Source: Candidatus Latescibacterota bacterium (GTDB lineage: Bacteria > Latescibacterota > UBA2968 > UBA8231). Taken from it: DNA of 64,000 bases. The stretch covers positions 4,480,001 through 4,544,000 of the forward strand of contig OZ242318.1 in NCBI GenBank assembly GCA_965208105.1, in the 5' to 3' direction. Positions within the stretch are counted from its first letter, which is position 1. The number at the start of each line of letters is the position of its first letter. Below the pieces are notes generated by a model, which saw only the letters and a program-made list of their open reading frames with translations, ran no database searches and had not been told where the DNA came from. The position numbers and the translations under genes were made by a program. Below, in pieces: positions 9,551 to 17,987 of this stretch.

Positions 9551-9604
9551 GGAAACCGGATCAATTTGCTTTGAGTAAATAACCCATTACCAATACCATT
9601 TTCA

Positions 9605-9675
9605 GGTTGCCGTATCCGCGAGGCGGGTCGCCGAATGCCAGAGGGCGAATGCGCGGGGCGGCAACCGTGTTGTAG
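9605..9675 (-). repeat. Degenerate attC-like site
   Basis: ggttgccg...cggcaacc stem; R''-like CTACAAC; gcgaatgcgc...ggcaaccgtgt shared with about 11118-11146. Confidence 0.45.
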
Positions 9676-9716
9676 TGCGAGGTGTGCATCGGATAATCCG
9701 AAGCTTGACCATGGGT

Positions 9717-10121
9717 TCAGGGTGAAAAGGTCACCTCGAGCTTTATCCCGTCAGGATCAAAGAAGAAGGTAGCGTAGTAGCCTGGTCTGTACTCGGGACA
9801 CTCTATAGGCGGATTCTCGATTATGACATCTTGTAGATTGAGAAGGACTTCTTTGTAGAAAGCGTCTACATGGGCGCGGCTGGGGACCGCGAATGCCAAG
9901 TGGTGCAGCCCCACTGAATTTCGGTCGTACTCCAACGTAGAAGCCGACTTACTCAGTAAGAAAATAAAGCCCTCTTTCGTAAATCTATAGCGCTCGGTAC
10001 GTCCATCCAGGGCCAAGTGGGGCTCGAGTTCGTGAAATCCAAGCCACAGCAATATATGCTCATAGAAGGTTTTTGAGCGATGGAGGTCTGTAACATTGAT
10101 TCTCAAGTGATGCAGCGGCAT
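9717..10121 (-). CDS. VOC/glyoxalase family protein
   Basis: LHHLRINVTDL, GLHHLAF, YYATFFFDPDGIKLE. Confidence 0.9.
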   Translation of the reverse strand: MPLHHLRINVTDLHRSKTFYEHILLWLGFHELEPHLALDGRTERYRFTKEGFIFLLSKSASTLEYDRNSVGLHHLAFAVPSRAHVDAFYKEVLLNLQDVIIENPPIECPEYRPGYYATFFFDPDGIKLEVTFSP

Positions 10122-10175
10122 GATTGAAGCCCTGTTCCATTCAACACCTGGATTTCGCGTTTCACCAAGGCTTTC

Positions 10176-10258
10176 GGCAAATGTTCCGCCGTGCCCGAAC
10201 CGCGAAGCGGTTGAGTGAAGGAGCGACAGCTCTGAAGCCGGGCACGGGAGTGTCAGCA
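10176..10258 (-). repeat. Degenerate attC-like site
   Basis: CCGTGCCCG...CGGGCACGG stem and AACCGC-TTC-GCGGTT hairpin; eroded cores TGCTGAC/ATTTGCC. Confidence 0.55.
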
Positions 10259-10271
10259 GAAGTCAAGTCCA

Positions 10272-11015
10272 TCAGGCCGCAGTCAGCAAAATGGGCCGAC
10301 CATCAGTAATAACGACGGTATGCTCAAAATGAGCCGAAAGGGATCCGTCCGAGGTTTTCATGGTCCAACCGTCGAGACCTTCAACGGCCCGGGCTGGATG
10401 CTCGGCAATCAAAGGCTCGATGGTGATCACAAGACCATTCCAAAGAGGCTTCGAATCGAGCGGATTGTAGGTGTTCGCAACGATGGGGTCTTCATGGATA
10501 ACCCGACCTATCCCGTGCCCCGTAAGCTCACTGACGACCCAGAATCCTTGTCGCTTCACCTCGTGCTCTACGGCATGGCCGATGCAATTGATCGGTTTGT
10601 TCGCACGAGCTACGCCCACTGCCTTTTCGAATGCCGCACGGGCACACTGGCAAAGTCTAGCGGCTTTCGCAGAGCACGGAGGAATCGGGATGGTGATTGC
10701 CGCATCTGCAATATAGCCGTTCAATTCAGCGGTGACATCCAGGCTTACAAGGTCACCTTGTTCCAGCACTCGATTACCCGGAATACCGTGAACAATCTCG
10801 TCGTTGACGCTGATAAGGTTGACACCAGGAAAACCATAGGTCTCCCGAGGTGCGGATGTTGCCCCGTACCGGGTGAGCGCCAACTCGCCAACACGGTCGA
10901 CTTCCGCTGTGGTTACTCCGGCGCGAACGGTACGCTCCATTGCCTTTAATGTGGCGGCAACCACCTGCCCTGCCTGCGCAAGGCCTTCGAAATCCTCAGG
11001 ACATTCTATCGACAA
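10272..11015 (-). CDS. map: Type I methionine aminopeptidase (cassette-borne copy)
   Basis: ISVNDEIVHGIP, SLDV, IADAA, GHGIG-IHEDP, TIEP, SAHFEHT; probable TTG start after AAGGAG. Confidence 0.9.
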   Translation of the reverse strand: MSIECPEDFEGLAQAGQVVAATLKAMERTVRAGVTTAEVDRVGELALTRYGATSAPRETYGFPGVNLISVNDEIVHGIPGNRVLEQGDLVSLDVTAELNGYIADAAITIPIPPCSAKAARLCQCARAAFEKAVGVARANKPINCIGHAVEHEVKRQGFWVVSELTGHGIGRVIHEDPIVANTYNPLDSKPLWNGLVITIEPLIAEHPARAVEGLDGWTMKTSDGSLSAHFEHTVVITDGRPILLTAA

Positions 11016-11226
11016 CGAACTACTCCTTTCGAGGGTGATCACTCTCAATTTTGATTTCTGCCAGGCTATTACCGAATGTCGAACCTGGTGCCGGCCAGGT
11101 TGACGACAGGTCATGGCGCGAATGCGCCTGAGGGGCAACCGTGTCGTCAGGCCGATGGTAATCGAATTCATTGGCCTTCCCCTGTACATTTCGGCAAGTC
11201 CCCCTTGGCCGTGACCGAATTGACAG

Positions 11227-11970
11227 TTACTTTACCCCTCCGTATATGGCGTCGCCACCGAGTCGATAGAAGCAATCGACGATAGCGAAGCCTGCCTTCT
11301 TGAGGTGGCGGAAGTGCCAGTCCAGCGGTAACCCGGCCTCCTCTCCCTTCCAGGGACCTTGAATCTGAGATCTCCTGTCCCGTACCTCTTGACTCCGGTT
11401 CTCCAGAAACTCCTCCCAAAATGACTGCCAAGGAGTCATTCCCTGCCTGGACGGATCCCCGACTGATCGAGAACGGATCCAAACCGACTGAATCTGCGGG
11501 TCCTCACAGCCCGCGTGGTCTGCGTTGAGAAAGATTCCCCCTTTCTTCAGGAGTTGATAAAACTGCCTGTACAACCTATCCAGCTGAGAGCTGGTGAACC
11601 AATGCAATGCCGTCGCAGATAGTATGGCGTCTACCTTGGCAGGACAATGCGAGGTCCAATCGTCATTACGGAGGTCTGTCTCTATCAGCTCGACGCGATT
11701 CCTGAATCGTTGCAGGCGGGTACGCGCTATATCAAGCAAGGTAAAGTCGAAGTCCAAGCCGAAAGTGTGGACTGATGGGAAGGCGGCAAGAACCTCCGCC
11801 ATGACGCTGCCGGTTCCGCAGCCAACATCGAGTATCAGTTCCGGTACCTCGTGCTTGGCTCGAATGAGCGCCACCAGAGTACGTAACCGCTCCGGCCGGT
11901 CAGGGTTATAGATCTCCTGCATGGAGTCCCATCGAGAGACCCAGTAGTCGGTATCAGTATTGCTCGCCAT
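11227..11970 (-). CDS. Class I SAM-dependent methyltransferase
   Basis: ILDVGCGTGS, SATALHW, LKKGGIFLNAD. Confidence 0.85.
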   Translation of the reverse strand: MASNTDTDYWVSRWDSMQEIYNPDRPERLRTLVALIRAKHEVPELILDVGCGTGSVMAEVLAAFPSVHTFGLDFDFTLLDIARTRLQRFRNRVELIETDLRNDDWTSHCPAKVDAILSATALHWFTSSQLDRLYRQFYQLLKKGGIFLNADHAGCEDPQIQSVWIRSRSVGDPSRQGMTPWQSFWEEFLENRSQEVRDRRSQIQGPWKGEEAGLPLDWHFRHLKKAGFAIVDCFYRLGGDAIYGGVK

Positions 11971-12015
11971 TGTTGCCTGAAGCTGGTGGCTAACAGTGAA
12001 GCCGGCTGACAATTC

Positions 12016-12124
12016 GTCTAACTGTCTTTAAACGAACACCAGATTTTTACAAATACCGCAAAACTTTAATTATCTGACGCGAAAGTAGGTAGTTGGGCAA
12101 ACAGTCGCAATTAATACCTGAAAC
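12016..12124 (-). promoter_or_regulatory. Internal Pc-like promoter plus attI-like core
   Basis: TTGCGA(12110-12105)-N17-TACTTT(12087-12082), then TTTAAAGACA-GTTAGAC; colinear with 14102-14210. Confidence 0.6.
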
Positions 12125-12194
12125 CATAGGCCAAGACGCGTCAGCGTCGCAGCGGCGAGCTTGCTGTTACAATAAGTGAAACAGGAAACAGCGG

Positions 12195-12926
12195 CTAATT
12201 CGGCTTGCGGGCGAGTACTCCCAGGTGGCCCGTGGAGAAGCGCTGCTTCCCGTATCCAGCCAAGTACCTGACGCGAAAACCTAACTCCCGCAACATGCAA
12301 CACAGCTCTGAACTTCGGTGCAGGATCAGCTCATGTCTCTCGTGCGATCGTCGATACGACTCACCGATCTTGCGGAATGAAGTAATCTCACGAGTTATTC
12401 TGCAGCCGTTGCCATGTGGCCGGGTTTCGACGAGAACCGCCCAATCGCTGCCGGCGTACCATGAACGAGTAAGGTCTTGACCGTTGCGGGGGCCCTGCCG
12501 CAGGACATCGAAGATGAAAACACCACCTGGTCTCAACGCATTGTAAACCTGGGAAAATAATGATCCAATGGCACGGTTGGCGTTGCGTTGATCGAGTCGA
12601 TAGCTGAGACATTCGCCGATTGCAGTTACGGCGTTACAGCTTGGCAAATCGACCTCCAACATGGAGGCTTGTCTGAATTGAGCTTCCGGGGCCTTCCGGC
12701 ATGCGATGCGAAGCATTGAAGCGGAGATATCTATGCCAAGTACCTTGTAGCCAGCGCGGGTGAGGGCAGAAGCCCAGATCCCGCTTCCACAGCCGAGATC
12801 AACAACCATTCCGTTGGGGATCCCGCAATTACCGAGAAGGTCCAGCAATCCCGGCGCAGACCTCTCGGCAAACCGTCCGAATCCTTCGTCGTGTATATAC
12901 GCCAGATCTTCTTCGTACGCTTTCAT
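12195..12926 (-). CDS. Class I SAM-dependent methyltransferase
   Basis: VVDLGCGSG, LGIDIS, LRPGGVFIFD; start MKAYEEDLAY. Confidence 0.85.
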   Translation of the reverse strand: MKAYEEDLAYIHDEGFGRFAERSAPGLLDLLGNCGIPNGMVVDLGCGSGIWASALTRAGYKVLGIDISASMLRIACRKAPEAQFRQASMLEVDLPSCNAVTAIGECLSYRLDQRNANRAIGSLFSQVYNALRPGGVFIFDVLRQGPRNGQDLTRSWYAGSDWAVLVETRPHGNGCRITREITSFRKIGESYRRSHERHELILHRSSELCCMLRELGFRVRYLAGYGKQRFSTGHLGVLARKPN

Positions 12927-12980
12927 GATCGGCTGCCAACCAAATGCCAGGCCTTCCTTCACTCCATTTCTTGTAGTGAT

Positions 12981-13060
12981 TCGCCGGTTTGCGAACCTCC
13001 GAACCGGCTTGCGGCGGGGGAAGGCTCGATCAGCGCCGCAAGGCAATCTGTGCTATTTGT
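12981..13060 (-). repeat. Degenerate attC-like site
   Basis: tcgccggtttgcgaac and aaggctcgatcagcgcc blocks shared with other spacers. Confidence 0.5.
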
Positions 13061-13074
13061 CGAAGTATCGGAAT

Positions 13075-13433
13075 TCATTCGGTAGGGAAGTCCAGCTCGT
13101 CCTCTGGTATGCCCTGCATTTTGCCGTGTTCAATGGCCTCCGACCAGGACAGTCTGTCAGAATGAGACGCCTCGAAAACACGGTCGTTGTACACAATGAT
13201 CAATTTATCCTCGTTCCAAAATGGGCATACCATCCCTCTACGACGTACGGCTGAAATTCCTCTATCGCCTCGCGTCCGCATTTTATCCAATAGATGTGCC
13301 AGCGCCCTTTGTTGCCTTCATAGTCGATCGCCTTGTCGTCGTCAGAAATCGAAGCACCAACGACTCTGTAATTGTTGATTATTGAAGGGTCCGAAAGCCC
13401 CTCTGAAATCACGCATCCTTTCCAACAGCCCAT
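13075..13433 (-). pseudogene. Frameshifted small hypothetical protein
   Basis: ORFs 13200-13433 and 13075-13290 join as WYAHF/WNEDKLIIVY...GIPEDELDF if one T is added to the run at about 13218-13221. Confidence 0.6.
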
Positions 13434-13445
13434 TGCGTATTCCCT

Positions 13446-14069
13446 TTATGAAATTATTTCAAAAACCAGCCGCAGACCGAGGAAGGACAACACTGTGCCC
13501 GTTGCGCGATCCACCCAGCACTTGCAGCGATCATAGAGAGCCTTTACGCGTTGTGTCGAGGCGAAGAGGGCAAGTCCGGAATGGAAAATCAGGGAATTGA
13601 AGAAAACCGAACCAATTGATGCCATCACCGCCCAACTTGGAAGATTTGGCGGAAAGATTGCCGTGAATATACCCCCAAAAAATATTGCTGCTTTCGGGTT
13701 GGTCATATTGGTTGCGATCCCCAGGCGATAGGCTTGCCAGGAGGTGCGAGGTTCCGCTTGTAGGTCGGAGGAAAACGCCTGATCGGCACGGCGCCACATT
13801 GCGATCCCAAGGTAAAGCAAGTAGACTCCCCCAAGCAGTCGAAGCGTCCAATATAGCCAAGCCAATTTGTCAACCAGGAAGTTCAGGCCGCCCATGGCGG
13901 TGCTGGACCATAAAAGAGCTCCTGTCGCGATCCCCAGGGCCGTCATGATGCCCGCCGGACGAGTCCGGCTTACCGCGGTTTGGGTGACGAGCAGCACATT
14001 GGGACCGGGACTGATCAAGGCGAGGAGATGGACCGCCACAAGACTACCATACAGCGCTGCGTAATCCAT
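13446..14069 (-). CDS. LysE/RhtB family translocator
   Basis: SPGPNVLLV, GGVYLLYLG, TNMTNPKAAIFF. Confidence 0.92.
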   Translation of the reverse strand: MDYAALYGSLVAVHLLALISPGPNVLLVTQTAVSRTRPAGIMTALGIATGALLWSSTAMGGLNFLVDKLAWLYWTLRLLGGVYLLYLGIAMWRRADQAFSSDLQAEPRTSWQAYRLGIATNMTNPKAAIFFGGIFTAIFPPNLPSWAVMASIGSVFFNSLIFHSGLALFASTQRVKALYDRCKCWVDRATGTVLSFLGLRLVFEIIS

Positions 14070-14101
14070 GCCCTCTACATTTAGTTTCGGCTGACATCAG
14101 C

Positions 14102-14210
14102 CGGTAACCGCATTTACCCGATAAATTGGTTCCCATTTATCGCGCTGACCGTTGCTTATCTGACACGAAGGTACCTATGAGGGGGAACAGTCGCAACAAA
14201 TATCCGGAAC
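14102..14210 (-). promoter_or_regulatory. Array-head Pc-like promoter plus attI-like core
   Basis: TTGCGA(14196-14191)-N17-TACCTT(14173-14168), then GGTAAATGCG-GTTACCG. Confidence 0.6.
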
Positions 14211-14351
14211 GGTGGGAAATTTGCGTAACCTGTTGCGGCACTTGATATAGAATGACTCTCCAGTTTTCATCCCGGGTGGCGCCATCTTTCCGATTTGGGG
14301 GCATTCCTGGCAGTGCCGACCGGTGTTGTCGGCGAGGGGGTCCGGGTGCGT

Positions 14352-15683
14352 TTAATCTCGTGCCTGCTCCAGGCGTTCCCGCAGTCTCGCGAGCTCCGTT
14401 TTGACCAGGAGGTTTGTTCCCGTGGCGATCCGCTGGGGCCAGAAGTTGGTGCACAGAGGAGCGATATCCACCTCGTAGCCGCCGGCCTTGATCAGCTCAT
14501 CGGTTGGCAGGTAGGTGTGGACGTGCTGGCAGTACCCCCAGCAGGCCATCTCGTACCCTGACAATACCTCTTCCACCTGGGGCCTCCATTCGGCCACTGC
14601 CTCGCTGGCGATGTAGGCGATCAGGTATTCAGGGGCCAGCTGAATCAATCCCACCGGCCAGGGTTGCACCTCGTCGCAGGGCGGGCCGCGGCGCAAGCGT
14701 TGGGTCCAGTAGGCGCCTGCGCCGCCCCAGGTGGGGCCCAACTCCCTGATGGCTTCCGGCGTCAGGCGGGGACCGGGTCTGACGAGCGCGTGAGTCATGA
14801 ACGCCGACAGCTCCGGCTCGATCTCGGCGCCGGGACGACTGAGGATTCGGCTCAATTCCCCAGCCAACTGCTCACCGGCCCGGTGGAGAGTTTCCCGAGA
14901 ACCGGTCACAAAGACCTCTTTATCCAGATCGGCGAGGATTCTGGGCCGCACGCTGCCGCCCAGGCCCTGGAAAAACTGGAGATGGGTTTTCTCCCCCAGC
15001 CGTCCTCGCGACGCCGTCCGCGCCGCCCCTGGAAAGTCTGCGGAGATGGACTGCCATTCCGCCCGGTACAATACCACCGGATGGCAGGCGTAGCTGTAGA
15101 GAATGGCCCGGCAAGCGGAGGCCTTCAGCTCCAGCACCCAAAGATTGGGATCGTAGTACCCATCCCGGTTGGGTCGGTGTTCGGTAATTCCCCCTTCGTT
15201 CCCGCGCCGGCGATTGATCGCCAGTTCGCTCCGGCCGTTGCGCCAGTAAACCTGTACCGGAGAAAGGCGCTCCAGCGCACGGCGGGCAAGCGCGCACAGG
15301 GTGTTCCCTAGCATAGCCTCGTAGTGCAGGAGCTGCGCGGGTTTTTCGCCCTCGTACGGATATATGTCAAGCAGACACATGCCGCTGCTGTGGGTATGGG
15401 AGAAATTCAGCACCACCGCCTCCGGCAGGGTTCCGGCGATGGCGGCCAGCCGGTGCCGGAGGGGATCGGCGACGGAGGGGGTGCTGCCGACGACATCGAG
15501 GGAAACGAGTACCAGCCGGCGCCTGCGGTGGTCCTGCAGGACGACAATCTGCGCCATGAGTGGATCGGCCACCTGTTGCGCCGGATCGAAGACCGGACCC
15601 CGTCCACCCATGGGAAAGCCCAGGGGTGGAGTGATGTCCGTCTCAGCCCAGCCAGCCAGTGCCTGTGCTCGAGATGCCTTCAT
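14352..15683 (-). CDS. Neutral/alkaline ceramidase-like hydrolase
   Basis: DITPPLG, DPLMAQIVVL, SHTHS, INRR, YACHP, SADFPG; ATGA overlap with the upstream stop. Confidence 0.8.
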   Translation of the reverse strand: MKASRAQALAGWAETDITPPLGFPMGGRGPVFDPAQQVADPLMAQIVVLQDHRRRRLVLVSLDVVGSTPSVADPLRHRLAAIAGTLPEAVVLNFSHTHSSGMCLLDIYPYEGEKPAQLLHYEAMLGNTLCALARRALERLSPVQVYWRNGRSELAINRRRGNEGGITEHRPNRDGYYDPNLWVLELKASACRAILYSYACHPVVLYRAEWQSISADFPGAARTASRGRLGEKTHLQFFQGLGGSVRPRILADLDKEVFVTGSRETLHRAGEQLAGELSRILSRPGAEIEPELSAFMTHALVRPGPRLTPEAIRELGPTWGGAGAYWTQRLRRGPPCDEVQPWPVGLIQLAPEYLIAYIASEAVAEWRPQVEEVLSGYEMACWGYCQHVHTYLPTDELIKAGGYEVDIAPLCTNFWPQRIATGTNLLVKTELARLRERLEQARD

Positions 15684-16843
15684 TGCCCCTGCCTGGCGGA
15701 TGAATCCAGTTCTTCCTCGCGTTGCCGGCGCCAGGTCTCGTAGGGATTTTCCCGGTTGTCCAGGGGAAGGGACACTCTCGCGCCCCGGAGCTGGGACTCG
15801 TGCACCGCCATGATCATCTCCAGGGCGGCGCGTCCGTCCTCGCCGCTGGAGCATTCCCGCACCGGGCGGTCCTCCTCGATCGCCCGGATCAGCTCCCGCA
15901 CGATGATCAGATTGCTCTGGTGAGTGCGCTCGCTCACGGGGTAGCGCTCCCACTCGTTCAGCAGCACCTGCTCCCAGCGTCCGTTTTCCTCGCCGGGGAT
16001 CCACAGGCCCTGCCGGTAGATGTACATCTCCCCCCGGGGTGAGTCGCGCAGGGCGAGGATGCCCTCGGTGCCGTAGACCTCGAACCCGAACCAGCGGTTG
16101 TTGAGTCTTCGCACGGTATCGCCGCGATAGGATTCGTAGTGCGCCGTCACCCCGTTCTCGAAGGCGAAGTAGGCCGCCACACCGTCGCCGGCGATGGGGC
16201 CGATGCCCTCGTCTCCCTGGCGCACGTCTTCCAGGGCAACCTCCCGACCTCCCTCGGTGACGTGCCCGTGGACCCAGGCCACGTCGGCCCCGGCGAAGTA
16301 CCGCATGCTGTCCATCATGTGGGTGCCCAGGACCATCAGGTCCTGCGACCCGGCCCGGTGGTCGGCTTTGCCGTGGCCGCGCAGCACCTGCAGGCGGCCG
16401 ATGGCCCCTTCGTCCACCAGCTTCTTGCCGTACTGCTCGTAGGGATTGGCGCGCCGGTGGGCAACCGCGGTCTTGACTCCGTGGGTCCGGCAGGCCTGCA
16501 GCAGGGCGTCCGCCTCCCTCAAGGTGGGAGCCAGCGGTTTCTCGATCAACAGTCCCCGCGCCCCGGCCTCGGCGCAGGCGATGACCATCTGGGCGTGGCA
16601 GTCCGGCAACCGCGGGCAGACGCTGACCAGGTCCAGGTCCTCGGCGGCGAGCATGCGGCGGTAATCGGCGTAGAGCCGCCGCGCCCCGGTGCGCTCGCCG
16701 GCTGCGGCGCGGCCCTCGGGGTCGGGGTCGGCAATGGCCACGAAGTCCACCTGTTCCAGCCCCTGGAAGGCCATCTCCAGCAAATGGCCGTAGTTGCCGC
16801 GCCCGGTGTGTCCGATGGCGCCGGCACGATAGCGCTCGCCCAT
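15680..16843 (-). CDS. Gfo/Idh/MocA oxidoreductase
   Basis: N-terminal Rossmann fold, IEKP motif, LGTHMMD. Confidence 0.9.
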   Translation of the reverse strand: MGERYRAGAIGHTGRGNYGHLLEMAFQGLEQVDFVAIADPDPEGRAAAGERTGARRLYADYRRMLAAEDLDLVSVCPRLPDCHAQMVIACAEAGARGLLIEKPLAPTLREADALLQACRTHGVKTAVAHRRANPYEQYGKKLVDEGAIGRLQVLRGHGKADHRAGSQDLMVLGTHMMDSMRYFAGADVAWVHGHVTEGGREVALEDVRQGDEGIGPIAGDGVAAYFAFENGVTAHYESYRGDTVRRLNNRWFGFEVYGTEGILALRDSPRGEMYIYRQGLWIPGEENGRWEQVLLNEWERYPVSERTHQSNLIIVRELIRAIEEDRPVRECSSGEDGRAALEMIMAVHESQLRGARVSLPLDNRENPYETWRRQREEELDSSARQGQ

Positions 16844-16871
16844 GGATAACTCTCCTCGTGTTCGCGGTTAA

Positions 16872-17732
16872 TCAGAGAACCAGCACCACCGCCAGCACTC
16901 CCACCCCCACGCCCCAGAGAGCGGCGCGGCTGAGCGGCTCCTTCCACAACAGGGGCGCGGTCAGATTGTCCAGGATGACCACGCCGCAGCCCATAAGCGG
17001 GAAGAATACGGTCCCGGGCACCCGCTCCAGGGTCATCAGTATGACCGAGAGGGCAACGAGGTTGAAGCTCCCGATTCCGGCCCCCATGGCCAGGTCCCGG
17101 CGCCGCGGGCGGCGGCGCGCAAGCCACAGGGCCCGCCCCGCCCCGATCGTCCCCGCGGTGAAGCCGATGACCATGAGCACCTGCAGGTGGGAGGAGCCAA
17201 GACCGGCGTAGTGCACCCAGCGCAGGCAGGAAGAGCTCATTCCCTGCAGCGCGAAAATCAGGGCAAGCATGGCCAAGGCCCTGAGACCGTGCACGGCGGT
17301 GCGGTGCTGCGCGTGCCGGGACATCAAAAGCAGGGCCAGCAGGGCCAGACTCAGCCCCAGGACCTGGACCCCGCCCAAAGGCTCGTCCCACAGCAGCATC
17401 CCCAGCCCCACCGGCACAACGATGGAGAGGCGGAAGGCGGTCAGCACCGAGGCCACACGCAAAAGCCTGAGCACGTGGGTCATCATCGACATGGAGCTGA
17501 TGAAGACGGTGCCGGTGACCACGCCCACCGCAACCGCGGCCAGGGGGAGCTGCAGCCTTCCGGTCGACCCCAGATAGATCAGAAGGATGGCAGCCATGAC
17601 CAGGTAGTTGGTCGATACCACGGTGGGAGCGTGACAGCCCTTTTGCTCCGCCCATTTGAACAACTGCCCGAAGCCGAATTCCACCATCAGCGACAGCAGC
17701 AACCAGAGGGGGATGTCCCCTGCCATGCTCAT
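16872..17732 (-). CDS. EamA/DMT family membrane transporter
   Basis: About 10 hydrophobic helices in two repeats (LLWDEPLG / LLWKEPLS). Confidence 0.75.
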   Translation of the reverse strand: MSMAGDIPLWLLLSLMVEFGFGQLFKWAEQKGCHAPTVVSTNYLVMAAILLIYLGSTGRLQLPLAAVAVGVVTGTVFISSMSMMTHVLRLLRVASVLTAFRLSIVVPVGLGMLLWDEPLGGVQVLGLSLALLALLLMSRHAQHRTAVHGLRALAMLALIFALQGMSSSCLRWVHYAGLGSSHLQVLMVIGFTAGTIGAGRALWLARRRPRRRDLAMGAGIGSFNLVALSVILMTLERVPGTVFFPLMGCGVVILDNLTAPLLWKEPLSRAALWGVGVGVLAVVLVL

Positions 17733-17890
17733 CCACCGGCCCCCGGAAAGATTGGCACCCGCACCACAGCGGGCAAAACTCCGCGACCGGCAGCCTGCTG
17801 TCAAGCCCGGATGCCCTCACAGATTGCAGGGATGGAATGCCGAGGCAAAGGCGGGGCAGGAGCATTTCAGTGAGATCCGTTGATCCTTGT

Positions 17891-17963
17891 AAATTTTAAA
17901 TAAATTGAAATTTTTGAATTTTATCATTGAATTTATTGAAAAATTAAATTATATTATTTTCAA
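17891..17963 (+). promoter_or_regulatory. AT-rich promoter/operator of the DUF2089 operon
   Basis: TTGAAT(17927)-N17-TATATT(17950); six TTRAAW direct repeats; TTGAAAA...TTTTCAA inverted repeat at 17936-17963. Confidence 0.65.
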
Positions 17964-17987
17964 AATGCAACTGAGAGGAGGAAAATC

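Larger units (their letters stand above)
1..14210 (-). mobile_element. Integron-like gene cassette array without an adjacent integrase (CALIN-like); continues off the left edge
   Basis: About 20 co-oriented short unrelated ORFs of typical cassette families, visibly lower GC than the rest of the window, related hairpin spacers, and GTTAGGC/GTTAGAC cores upstream of ORFs (6536-6542, 12016-12022). Confidence 0.8.

Noticed and set aside
331-13060. CRISPR interpretation of the recurring spacer motifs
   Set aside because: The repeats are divergent and separated by whole genes; no cas genes
14211-14351. Expected position of intI beside the array-head attI-like site
   Set aside because: Only about 140 bp before the hydrolase stop codon; no tyrosine-recombinase motifs in any frame, and the plus-strand promoter-like boxes have poor spacing
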